Positions 18,868 through 27,512 of a DNA stretch of 32,000 nt are shown piece after piece (positions within the stretch are counted from its first letter, which is position 1; each line of letters opens with the position of its first letter). Both the position numbers and the translations under genes were made by a program. Source of the stretch: Hormoscilla sp. (lineage in GTDB: Bacteria; Cyanobacteriota; Cyanobacteriia; Cyanobacteriales; Desertifilaceae). Where the stretch lies: positions 60,924 through 92,923 of the forward strand of contig JBFRWI010000002.1 in the NCBI GenBank assembly GCA_051439505.1, given 5' to 3'. The notes under the pieces were generated by a model. The model was not told the origin of the DNA, searched no databases, and saw only the letters and a list, made by a program, of their open reading frames with translations.

Positions 18868-19914
18868 GTGCAAATGGATATTTCTGAACTAGACCACTTG
18901 GAAAGTTCCGTGCAAGATTTGCTGGCCACGGCTAAGCTAGAGCTGGAAGCAACTCGCCTAGAGCAGCAACGAGACGAACAGGTCCAAAAAGCTGTGGCCG
19001 AAATTCGCAAGCGAGTGGAACCTTTACTGGCCGAGGTAGAGCAAACCCTCGCACAGTTCGATAATATGAGTGTCAATGGTAGTGCTATTCGCAAGAAACT
19101 AGAGGACAAAGCTGCAGCTCTGCACCGACAGCTAGAGGATGCTCCCGTCTTAGCAGCTCAGATTGCCGACCGTCAGCTGATTCTCAATGAGGAACGCTTA
19201 CTAGACGAGCGACTGGCAGAGCAAACTGACCAATGGCGGCACGAACTCAAATCTGACTTACTCGATATGATTGCCGAACAACAAGATTTCTATAGCGCTA
19301 CCGATGGGGCGATCGCGATCCGGGCTTATATGGATGACCTCAAAGCCATTGGTGCTCTAGAAGAAGTCGTCGATACCTTGATTGAGCAGATCAATACCCA
19401 TTCTAAAGAGGGACCCGTTGCCCGCCTGCGGGGTACTTACGAGCAAACCCTCAGCTTTATTTACGACAGAGCGATGGAGAACCGAGCGCGGGTGGAAACA
19501 GTTCGCAGCGTGCAACCGCGCACCCGCCATCGCATATCAGAAAAACGACCCAACCCCTACATAGATCTAGAGGGTAAGGTAGTAATTTTTGGCGGACATG
19601 ACCGACTGGCTACAGCTGTGAAAACTCGTCTGCGGGATTCTAAGGTCAATCTGATCTGGTGTACGGCTCAAGATGGATTACAGCTAGCTCAACAGGCGGA
19701 AAATCACATTGCTAATGCCGATTTGGTTTTGATTGTCACTGGTTATGCTAGTCACTCCCTAACAGAAAAAGCGATTCAAGCGGCCCAACGTGCAGACATA
19801 ACTCCCGAAATGATTAACACTACAGGCATGACTAAAGTGTTGGAAGTTATTGAGTTAGGTCTGAAAACTAAACTCCTAGCTCGCCACTTAAACCAATCTT
19901 CCAGAGCAGTCTAA
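18868..19914 (+). CDS. Coiled-coil protein with C-terminal DUF2325-like domain
   Basis: The N-terminal ~220 aa are Glu/Leu/Gln-rich and helical. The C-terminus VVIFGGHDRL...ADLVLIVTGYASHSLTEKAIQAAQRA fits the GG...AD.V...T...SH...K pattern of DUF2325. The start is GTG 18868 or ATG 18874. Confidence 0.6.
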   Translation: MQMDISELDHLESSVQDLLATAKLELEATRLEQQRDEQVQKAVAEIRKRVEPLLAEVEQTLAQFDNMSVNGSAIRKKLEDKAAALHRQLEDAPVLAAQIADRQLILNEERLLDERLAEQTDQWRHELKSDLLDMIAEQQDFYSATDGAIAIRAYMDDLKAIGALEEVVDTLIEQINTHSKEGPVARLRGTYEQTLSFIYDRAMENRARVETVRSVQPRTRHRISEKRPNPYIDLEGKVVIFGGHDRLATAVKTRLRDSKVNLIWCTAQDGLQLAQQAENHIANADLVLIVTGYASHSLTEKAIQAAQRADITPEMINTTGMTKVLEVIELGLKTKLLARHLNQSSRAV

Positions 19915-20024
19915 GCTATAGCAGATTAGGAATTGGGAGCATTATTTAGCTCCCAAGACGCCGTTATTTGTTAGTTGTCAGTTGGAACGTTGTTGGTTGT
20001 TGGTTGTTGCTTCGGAGTTTAACA

Positions 20025-20046
20025 GGTGGGCGGTGCCCACCCTACG
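20025..20046. repeat. GGTGGGC-N3-GCCCACC palindromic element
   Basis: ggtgggcggtgcccaccctac lies between the convergent DUF2325-like and rpiA genes. It is preceded by TGTTGGT heptamers (19990-20010). Confidence 0.85.
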
Positions 20047-20079
20047 GGCAATAACAATTAGCGATCGACCATCAACAAA

Positions 20080-20790
20080 TCACATTTCCTTCACTACTGG
20101 GTTTCCATCTTTAACCTCGCCCACTAGGACTAGGTCGGCGACCCCGACGAATAAACCATTTTCCAAAACGCCGGGAAGGTTATTGAGGGTCTTTTCCAGT
20201 TCTGCGGGGTTATCAATAGAGTCAAACTTGACATCGATCACCATATTGCCTTGGTCGGTGACTACGGGTCCGGCTTTTTTGACGCCCATCCGCAGTTCTG
20301 CTTTACCGCCCAGTTTCTCGATCGCACGCATCACCGGTGTCATGGCCATGGGAATCACTTCTACTGGCAGCAGGAAGGTGGAACCTAGCTTGTCTACCAG
20401 TTTTCCGGCGTCTACAACGACGATAAACTGGTCTGCCAGAGAGTCCACCACCTTCTCCCGAGTGTGGGCCGCGCCGCCGCCTTTGATCAGGTTCTTTTGC
20501 GGATCTACTTCATCGGCGCCGTCAATGGCAATGTCTATGCGGTCAACGGCATCCAGGGTGGTTAAGGGGATGCCGTATTGCTTGGCCAGCACTTCCGCTT
20601 GAAAGGATGTGGGGATGCCTTGGATGTTTTTGAGGTCTCCTGATTTCAGCCTCGCGCCCAAATGCTCGATCGCGTAGGCCGTAGTCGATCCGGTACCTAA
20701 CCCCACGATCGTACCAGACTGGACGCGGGCTGCTGCTGCTTTTCCGACTTCCCGTTTCATTACTTTTACCGGGTCATTTTCCGTGCTCAT
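20080..20790 (-). CDS. rpiA: Ribose-5-phosphate isomerase A
   Basis: [16 protein letters not shown] and [28 protein letters not shown] are canonical RpiA motifs. 236 aa. Confidence 0.95.
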   Translation of the reverse strand: MSTENDPVKVMKREVGKAAAARVQSGTIVGLGTGSTTAYAIEHLGARLKSGDLKNIQGIPTSFQAEVLAKQYGIPLTTLDAVDRIDIAIDGADEVDPQKNLIKGGGAAHTREKVVDSLADQFIVVVDAGKLVDKLGSTFLLPVEVIPMAMTPVMRAIEKLGGKAELRMGVKKAGPVVTDQGNMVIDVKFDSIDNPAELEKTLNNLPGVLENGLFVGVADLVLVGEVKDGNPVVKEM

Positions 20791-21001
20791 ACTTAAAACT
20801 CCCTTAAATCTCCCGATCTAACCTGTTGCCTAGGGTTATAGTTTGCTATAATTTCACCCCGTGGCAATTGTCAGTTTACTATCTCTTGTCCCTTGACAGA
20901 CATGATTTTATATTTTCTCATGCCTGTCAAGCCATGACTATATTGTAATATTGTATTACGCTAAGGGCATCCGAAAATTAACAGGCGGAGTTAGCAAAAA
21001 T

Positions 21002-22822
21002 ATGAATAAACCCGTGATCGTCTGTATCGATGATGAACCGACAGTACTGGATAGTCTCACAATAGAACTAAATAAATACATAGGAGAGCAATGTCTGATT
21101 GAAACAGCGGAAAGCGGCGACGAAGCCTTAGAGTTATTGACAGAGTTGCTAGCGGAGGAGTATGAAGTTGCTTTAGTCATGTCTGATTATATCATGCCCG
21201 AGATGAAAGGAGATGAAGTCTTAAAGCGCATCCATGAAATATCGCCGAACAGCCTGAAAATAATGCTGACAGGGCAAGCAGATATCGAAGCAGTCGGTAA
21301 TGCCATTAAGTATGCTAAGTTATATCGTTACATAGCCAAGCCTTGGCAGCCAGAAGACTTAAAATTGACGGTCAGAGAAGCGGTAAATAGCTATGTGCGG
21401 GATAAACAACTGGCTTCCCAAAATGTTCAACTTCAGCAAATGAATCAGAAACTGGAACAATTAAACCAAGAACAAGCGGCACTAATTACCAAACTACATG
21501 AAAAGGAGAGTCGGTTGAGACAGTTCTTAGAAGCGATGCCAGTGGGTGTGGGAGTGCTGGATGTTAATGGTAAACCCTACTACATCAATCAGAGGGCAAA
21601 GGAGTTATTTGGCAAAGGAGTAGTGCCAGATACAACTATGGAACAATTGTCAGAGGTATATCAAGTTTATCAAGCAGGCACAAAGGAGCAGTACCCGTCG
21701 GAAAAGTTGCCGATCGTGCGGGCTTTGCAGGGGGAAACTGTCACATCTGACGATCTGGAAATTCACCAAGGAGATAAGATTATTCCTGTAGAAATTTGGG
21801 CAACTCCTATCTATGACGAGGCGGGCAACATTGTCTATGGTATTAATGCTATTCAAGATATCACGGAACGCCAAGAAGCGGAAGCCGATCGGCAAAAGTT
21901 TATTGAAGACTTATTTGAAGTTAATTGTAATTTGGAACTGGCCCTGCAAGCGGAATCGGAGTTAACTACTGCTGCCGATCGCTTCGTCCCTGATGAGTTT
22001 ATCTCTTTTCTGGGACGTGAAAGCATTGTCGATGTCCAATTAGGCGATAATGTCCAGCAGGAGATGTCGGTACTATTTTCCGATATTCGTGACTTTACTA
22101 CCCTGAGTGAAAGCATGACACCTTCGGACAGTTTCAAATTGATCAATGCCTATCTCTCGCGCATGGAACCGGCGATTAACGAAAATAATGGATTTATCGA
22201 TAAATACATTGGCGATGCAATTATGGCATTATTTAGCGGCGGGGCAGATGATGCCGTTAAAGCCGCGATCGCCATGCTGAACATCCTGAGGGAATATAAT
22301 ACTACTAGGCAAAGGCCGGAACGACCACCGCTCTCGATCGGAATTGGCATCAATACAGGTGATTTAATGCTGGGTGTAGTGGGGGGAAAATCCCGCATGG
22401 ATAGCACGGTGATTGGTGATACTGTTAATTTAGCATCTCGTGTGGAAAGCATGACGAAAAAATATCCGGTGTCCTTGTTAATCACCCATCATACTTTCTG
22501 GGGGTTGAAAAATTCCAGCGAATATAATCTGCGGATAATAGATAAGGTCAAGGTGAAGGGGAAATCAGAATTGGTGACTATATATGAGGTGTTTGATGCG
22601 GATGCGGAAAAAATCAAAGAAGGAAAGTTAACTACAAAAACAGCATTTGAACAAGCTGTGGTGCTATATAATATGAAGGCTTTCACTGAGGCGGCCCAAT
22701 TGTTTGCAGATTGTCTGGGCCAAAACCCAGAGGATAAAGTACCTCACATCTATCTGGAACGCTGTCAACAGAAATTGAATAATAGGGATTGGGGGGGGAC
22801 TGGTGAATTCAGCAGTCAGTAG
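21002..22822 (+). CDS. Response-regulator receiver / PAS / class III adenylate (guanylate) cyclase fusion protein
   Basis: REC domain (VIVCIDDEP...VMSDYIMPEMKG...KPW), coiled coil, PAS (LEAMPVGVGVLD...IQDITERQ). Cyclase motifs FSDIRDFTTLSE, KYIGDAIMALF, GINTGDLMLGVVGG and IGDTVNLASRVES. ATG 21002 is preferred over the TTG at 20951. Confidence 0.88.
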   Translation: MNKPVIVCIDDEPTVLDSLTIELNKYIGEQCLIETAESGDEALELLTELLAEEYEVALVMSDYIMPEMKGDEVLKRIHEISPNSLKIMLTGQADIEAVGNAIKYAKLYRYIAKPWQPEDLKLTVREAVNSYVRDKQLASQNVQLQQMNQKLEQLNQEQAALITKLHEKESRLRQFLEAMPVGVGVLDVNGKPYYINQRAKELFGKGVVPDTTMEQLSEVYQVYQAGTKEQYPSEKLPIVRALQGETVTSDDLEIHQGDKIIPVEIWATPIYDEAGNIVYGINAIQDITERQEAEADRQKFIEDLFEVNCNLELALQAESELTTAADRFVPDEFISFLGRESIVDVQLGDNVQQEMSVLFSDIRDFTTLSESMTPSDSFKLINAYLSRMEPAINENNGFIDKYIGDAIMALFSGGADDAVKAAIAMLNILREYNTTRQRPERPPLSIGIGINTGDLMLGVVGGKSRMDSTVIGDTVNLASRVESMTKKYPVSLLITHHTFWGLKNSSEYNLRIIDKVKVKGKSELVTIYEVFDADAEKIKEGKLTTKTAFEQAVVLYNMKAFTEAAQLFADCLGQNPEDKVPHIYLERCQQKLNNRDWGGTGEFSSQ

Positions 22823-22830
22823 TCAGTTGG

Positions 22831-22850
22831 TAGGGTGGGCATTGCCCACC
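22831..22850. repeat. GGTGGGC-N3-GCCCACC palindromic element
   Basis: tagggtgggcattgcccacc, flanked by AGTCAGT heptamers (22811-22826) and an aacaattaaca array (22865-22898). Confidence 0.85.
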
Positions 22851-22898
22851 ATGTCAGTGGGTAGTGGTAAAATAACAATTAACAACTAACAATTAACA

Positions 22899-23690
22899 AT
22901 GAAAATGCCTTACCTAGCCCGAATTTTAATTTACCCGATTAAAGCTTTGGATGGAGTTGCTGTCAAGCAAGCAAAGGTAATGACTGGCGGGGCGCTAGAA
23001 CATGACCGAGAATTTGCTATGTTTGACGCTCGCAACAGGTTTGTCAATGCCAAGCGCAATGTTAAGGTTCATGAACTGAGGACTAAATTTGATGGCTCAT
23101 TTGAAAAGGTGGCAATTCAGGCAGGGGAAGCAGAACATGTTTTTCATCTGCATCGGGAACGCAGTCAGATGGAAACATGGTTGAGTGAATACTTGGGTTT
23201 GTCAGTCCATTTGCAGCAAAACTCACAGCAGGGCTTTCCAGATGATACTGAGGCTTTTGGCCCGACGGTAATTAGTACGGAGACGATCGCCCAAGTAGCA
23301 TCTTGGTTTCCGGGAGTGGGCGTCGAAGAGATGCGATCGCGCCTGCGGGCCAATATAGAAATAGAGGGGGTGCCAGCATTTTGGGAAGACCGGTTGTTTG
23401 CTGCCGACAGTAATGCTAGCATATGGTTTAAGATCTCAGATGTGTTACTCGAAGGAGTAAATCCCTGTCAGCGTTGCGTGGTACCCACAAGAAACTCTCT
23501 GACTGGGGAAGCATACCCAGATTTCCAAAAGATATTCGCGGCCAAGCGGAAAGAAACTTTGCCGGAGTGGGTTGCAGCATCTCGCTTCAAGCATTTTTAC
23601 AGAGTGAGTGTGAACACGCGCATCCCCCGATCGGAAGCGGGTAAGATTTTACAGGTAGGCGATGAAGTGCAGATACTGGAGGTGAATTGA
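22899..23690 (+). CDS. MOSC domain-containing protein (N-terminal beta-barrel + MOSC)
   Basis: LARILIYPIKALDG is the MOSC_N signature. The C-terminal region NPCQRCVVPT carries the conserved MOSC cysteine. Confidence 0.8.
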   Translation: MKMPYLARILIYPIKALDGVAVKQAKVMTGGALEHDREFAMFDARNRFVNAKRNVKVHELRTKFDGSFEKVAIQAGEAEHVFHLHRERSQMETWLSEYLGLSVHLQQNSQQGFPDDTEAFGPTVISTETIAQVASWFPGVGVEEMRSRLRANIEIEGVPAFWEDRLFAADSNASIWFKISDVLLEGVNPCQRCVVPTRNSLTGEAYPDFQKIFAAKRKETLPEWVAASRFKHFYRVSVNTRIPRSEAGKILQVGDEVQILEVN

Positions 23691-23859
23691 GAATGGTGAA
23701 TTGAGAATGGCGTATACGCAGTGCGCGTAGCGCTATGGAAAATGGAAAATTGAGAATGGAAAATTGATTGAGGTATATTCGCGGCGATTTTCCATGCGAT
23801 CTAAAAATGAAAAATGGCATGCTATCGACGATCTGCCTGATGATAGAATAATAATTGCA

Positions 23860-23946
23860 GTCGGTTTTAACCGACTTTAGCTGTTAGCCGGGGGTTTGAA
23901 CCCCCGGCGGGGTAACTACTACTACGAGGATTTGAACCCCCGGCGG
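23860..23946. repeat. Paired-hairpin dispersed repeat plus an extra half copy
   Basis: gtcgg-ttttaa-ccgac (23860-23875), linker tttagctgtta, 9-bp-stem hairpin gccgggggt-ttga-acccccggc (23887-23908). The right half tttgaacccccggcgg repeats at ~23931-23946. Confidence 0.6.
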
Positions 23947-23957
23947 GTGAGGTGATA

Positions 23958-25352
23958 ATGACAAATACGCGCAAAGAAACGGACAGCATGGGGGAAATAG
24001 AAGTCCCCGCCGATCGCTATTGGGGGGCCCAAACCCAGCGATCGCTAAAATATTTCTCGATCGGGCAAGACAAGATCCCGGCAGAAGTAATTGCGGCCTT
24101 CGGGATTCTGAAAAAAGCGGCAGCCCTCAGCAATGCAGAATTGGGTAAACTACCAGAAGAGAAAGCTAAACTGATCGTGCAGGCGGCATCGGAAGTAATT
24201 GATGGTAAGCTGGATGGTAACTTCCCGTTGCATGTCTGGATGACGGGTAGCGGCACCCAATGTAACATGAATGTGAATGAAGTGATCTCGAATCGGGCGA
24301 TCGAACTGGCGGGGGGAGTAATGGGAAGTAAGAACCCCATTCATCCCAACGATCACGTGAATATGTCTCAATCTTCCAACGATACTTTCCCAACGGCGAT
24401 GCATATTGCTGTCGCAGTGGCATGCGATCGGCGATTGATTCCGAAGGTGAAAAAGATGCGGGACGCCCTGCAACAAAAGTCGGAAGAATTTGCCGAGATT
24501 GTCAAGATCGGTCGCACCCATCTCCAGGATGCCGTACCTCTGACTTTGGGACAGGAATTCTCCGGTTATGTAGCCCAACTGGATGCTGCTTTGCTGCGGA
24601 TCGATCGGGTATTGCCGGAACTCTACGAACTGGCGATCGGGGGAACGGCGGTGGGCACGGGATTGAATGCGACCAAGGGGTTCGCTGCCACTGCTGTCAA
24701 GCACATTAGCAATATTACCGGATTACCCTTTACCGAAGCCCCCAATAAGTTTGCTGCGATCGCGGCCCATGATGCGATCGTGATGGCCAGCGGATCCTTG
24801 CGGACTCTCGCTGGTGCTTTAATGAAAATTGCCTCCGACATTCGCTTTTTAGCAAGTGGTCCTCGTTGCGGTTTAGGTGAACTGATCTTACCAGAAAACG
24901 AACCCGGTTCTTCGATCATGCCGGGCAAAGTAAACCCCACCCAATGCGAAGCGATGACAATGGTAGCAGCACAAATCATGGGCTATGATACCGCAGTGGC
25001 GATCGCGGGTTCGTCAGGACATTTCGAGTTAAACACCTATAAACCCATGATGGTGTTTAACGTCATTCAATCCATCAATCTGATCGCGGACAGCTGCAAC
25101 AACTTCACGGATTTTCTGCTAGCGGGACTAAAGCCGAATCGGAAGAAAATCGAGTATTATTTAGAACAGTCATTGATGCTAGTGACGGCATTAAGTCCGA
25201 CCATTGGCTATGACAAAGCTGCCCAAGTGGCGCACTTCGCCCTGGAAAAAGACATGACCTTAAAGCAAGCTTGTCTGGAATTGGGGTATGTTTCGGAAAC
25301 GGAGTTCGATCGGATTGTCGTGCCTAGCAAAATGGCCCATCCAGAAATGTAA
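23958..25352 (+). CDS. fumC: Class II fumarate hydratase
   Basis: [16 protein letters not shown] signature, [14 protein letters not shown] and [16 protein letters not shown] at 23958 (the track's GTG at 23952 is also possible). Confidence 0.96.
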   Translation: MTNTRKETDSMGEIEVPADRYWGAQTQRSLKYFSIGQDKIPAEVIAAFGILKKAAALSNAELGKLPEEKAKLIVQAASEVIDGKLDGNFPLHVWMTGSGTQCNMNVNEVISNRAIELAGGVMGSKNPIHPNDHVNMSQSSNDTFPTAMHIAVAVACDRRLIPKVKKMRDALQQKSEEFAEIVKIGRTHLQDAVPLTLGQEFSGYVAQLDAALLRIDRVLPELYELAIGGTAVGTGLNATKGFAATAVKHISNITGLPFTEAPNKFAAIAAHDAIVMASGSLRTLAGALMKIASDIRFLASGPRCGLGELILPENEPGSSIMPGKVNPTQCEAMTMVAAQIMGYDTAVAIAGSSGHFELNTYKPMMVFNVIQSINLIADSCNNFTDFLLAGLKPNRKKIEYYLEQSLMLVTALSPTIGYDKAAQVAHFALEKDMTLKQACLELGYVSETEFDRIVVPSKMAHPEM

Positions 25353-25412
25353 ATGGAGAATGGAGAATGGAGAATAGAGAATTGTGCGATTTTCCATTCT
25401 CCATTCTCAATT
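25353..25412. terminator. Inverted heptamer arrays forming a long hairpin between convergent genes
   Basis: atggaga x3 + atagaga (25353-25380), spacer attgtgcgatt, then the complementary ttccat tctccat tctcaat (to ~25412). Lies between the fumC stop (25352) and the stop of 25436-25912. Confidence 0.5.
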
Positions 25413-25435
25413 AACTATTCACAATTAGTCCGGTG

Positions 25436-25912
25436 TCATTCTTGCAATTGAAAAGTGAATATTTCCTCGATCGTCATCGAATCAAACCAAGGTTGGCGGA
25501 CGCGGATAAAGTCTCCACCTTCGGGATCGAAAGACTGGATAAATTGCTTGGTTCCTGCCAGTCCGAGAGCCTTCCGAAGGGCCTCAATTCCCATTTGCCG
25601 AATCTGGGCCTGAGTCAGCTTGCTAGTATCGAGAGCCGTCTCCAACCGGTGATGTGCTAAATCCTTTTGCTTTTTGCGATCCACCTGTTCCTCTTGCTGC
25701 TCTTGCTCTTTGGCTAATTCCACAATTTCCGCCAGGGTAATATCTCCGAGCAGTTGATCCCTATCTCGGGTATAATCGCCACTGCCGTTGGAAAATTGAT
25801 GGATAAATCGCACCATACCCACCGACCCCAGAGCTTGACTTAGAGCTTCTCTTCCCGCTTCCATAATATCTTCGTGAGTTACCGGGCTAACTTCTATCAT
25901 TGCTTCTATCAT
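25436..25912 (-). CDS. Putative PIN-partner (antitoxin-like) protein with two internal repeats
   Basis: 158 aa. Repeat 1 IMEAGREALSQALGSVGMVRFIHQFSNGSGDYTRDRDQLLGDITLAEIVELAKE. Repeat 2 IRQMGIEALRKALGLAGTKQFIQSFDPEGGDFIRVRQPWFDSMTIEEIFTF. An acidic/basic linker joins them. The start (ATG 25912 or 25900) overlaps the PIN gene's 3' end. Confidence 0.6.
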   Translation of the reverse strand: MIEAMIEVSPVTHEDIMEAGREALSQALGSVGMVRFIHQFSNGSGDYTRDRDQLLGDITLAEIVELAKEQEQQEEQVDRKKQKDLAHHRLETALDTSKLTQAQIRQMGIEALRKALGLAGTKQFIQSFDPEGGDFIRVRQPWFDSMTIEEIFTFQLQE

Positions 25913-26354
25913 TGATAACCTCCTCGCTCCACCGAGCCGGGTTCTCTACTCTAACTTTTAGCATAGCGCTAGACCGAACTGCCAAACGCAACATTCTGTC
26001 ATCGGTTGTCAGCAATACGTCGGCATTGCCATTTTCGGCACAGGCGATATGTAGAGCATCAAAATATTTAAATCCTAGGCCAGCCAATTCCTGCGTTCGG
26101 GTGATTATATCATCGCTTAAGGTAACTTTATTTTTCGCTAAACCCGCCCAGAGCATCATTTGCTGTTTTCTTTCGACCGTAGGGGTCCGAGCTAACTCTA
26201 TATCAATCGCCGTGCTACCCAACAAGTGCCACTGAGCATTTCGACAACGGTCTATTATGAGTTCTACCGCCTGCGCTTCCAGACTCACCCGTTCTTGGCT
26301 CAGATCGTCAAAAGGCCGATTCAGGCAACAAATATCTAAATAGATTAAAAACAT
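25887..26354 (-). CDS. PIN-domain ribonuclease (VapC-like toxin)
   Basis: MFLIYLDICCLNRPFDD supplies the first acidic residue. FDALHIACAENGNADVLLTTDDRMLR is the typical C-terminal PIN motif. 155 aa. Confidence 0.75.
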   Translation of the reverse strand: MFLIYLDICCLNRPFDDLSQERVSLEAQAVELIIDRCRNAQWHLLGSTAIDIELARTPTVERKQQMMLWAGLAKNKVTLSDDIITRTQELAGLGFKYFDALHIACAENGNADVLLTTDDRMLRLAVRSSAMLKVRVENPARWSEEVINDRSNDRS

Positions 26355-26539
26355 AATTTTTCCTCCTTAATTGATCTTTTCATGATAACATTTTTGAGGT
26401 GGCATCGCAGATAGATAAACAATTATTTTCGCTCTCAGGGTATTTATACCCATATTTTTTGATCCTGAATGCTATAACTTGTGGCTTCACAGAAAGGTAT
26501 TGATGTTATACTAGAAATAAACCCCTAATTTTTGCACTC

Positions 26540-27118
26540 ATGGTATATTTACAATCGCCTCTGGAATTAGAACTGCAACTCACGGACGAGCAATTTTTTG
26601 AGCTTTGTCAAAAGCATCGTAATTTGAAATTTGAGCGCAATGCAACTGGAGATTTAATCATTATGTCACCAACTGGAGGAATAACTAGCGATCGCAACTC
26701 GGATATTAATTTTCAACTCAGGGCCTGGAATCGCGATCGAAAGCTGGGAAAAGTTTTTGAATCATCCGGCGGATTTAAGTTACCCAATGGGGCCGATCGC
26801 TCTCTCGATGCTTCTTGGGTGAAACTGCAACGCTGGAATGCTTTAACATTAGAACAGCAGGCCAAATTAGTACCCTTATGCCCTGATTTTGTGGTGGAAT
26901 TGCGCTCTCCTTCCGATGCCTTAAGTAAGGTGCAGCAAAAGATGAATGAATACATAGAAAATGGGGCAGAATTGGGATGGTTGATAGACCCCAAACGGCA
27001 AGTCGTGGAGGTTTATAGGCCCTCACAGGATGCGGAAGTGTTGCAGTCGCCCAAGACTGTATCGGGAGAAGCGGTACTACCGGGCTTTGTTTTGGACTTG
27101 ACGGAAATTTTCTCTTAG
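26540..27118 (+). CDS. Uma2 family (DUF820) restriction-endonuclease-fold protein
   Basis: KFERNATGDLIIMSPTGG, DASWV and CPDFVVELRSPSD match the Uma2 pattern. 192 aa. Confidence 0.8.
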   Translation: MVYLQSPLELELQLTDEQFFELCQKHRNLKFERNATGDLIIMSPTGGITSDRNSDINFQLRAWNRDRKLGKVFESSGGFKLPNGADRSLDASWVKLQRWNALTLEQQAKLVPLCPDFVVELRSPSDALSKVQQKMNEYIENGAELGWLIDPKRQVVEVYRPSQDAEVLQSPKTVSGEAVLPGFVLDLTEIFS

Positions 27119-27222
27119 GCGATCTGAAGAAAGTTGCCCGGTTTTCGAGATATATTTATCTCCCGATCGAGCGGAGAACGATAGTTTGAATTCTGTTATT
27201 GCTTTGCTTTCCAATCTGGCAA

Positions 27223-27449
27223 GGGGTCTTGTCTGGACCCCTACTTGTTCCCAACCACAACGGCATGTTATGCTAAGATTAGCAGCTAAGCCATGTTCAT
27301 GTTTGCGCGACTTATATCAACAAGTTATTCTATAATTACAAGAAATTAAGGCATCGGAACCAAACGGAACCGGTGCCGAGGAGACAAACTGTACAGTACC
27401 GGTGATACCTGTATAATTCACTTACCCTTGACAAGCAATGAAGATAAAT
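27223..27449 (+). repeat. Direct repeat copy A (~227 bp) flanking the ATPase/protease cassette
   Basis: Aligns with 31447-31681 with about 8 substitutions and one 8-bp indel. It ends in ATGAAGATAAA followed by a 12-codon dead-end ORF (MKINMMLMNKSS*). Confidence 0.95.
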
Positions 27450-27512
27450 ATGATGTTGATGAATAAATCAAGTTAAAATAGTATTGTACTCTCGCATTGC
27501 TGTCCAGGAACT

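Noticed and set aside
19982-20602. 206-aa ORF on the plus strand
   Set aside because: It is antisense to rpiA over most of its length, and rpiA has unmistakable family motifs. The ORF is Ser/Thr/Pro-rich low complexity, typical of an antisense frame.
23887-23946. tRNA-like T-arm (GGGGGTTTGAACCCCC) suggesting a tRNA gene or tRNA fragment upstream of fumC
   Set aside because: No acceptor stem, D-arm or 7-nt anticodon loop can be drawn around it. The neighbouring gtcgg-ttttaa-ccgac hairpin has a 6-nt loop. The layout matches the paired-hairpin repeat family instead.
24017-24979. Several 85-184-aa ORFs overlapping fumC (24017-24340, 24150-24704, 24166-24423, 24422-24709, 24623-24979)
   Set aside because: All lie inside or antisense to the strongly supported fumC frame. 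None has a recognisable motif or RBS.
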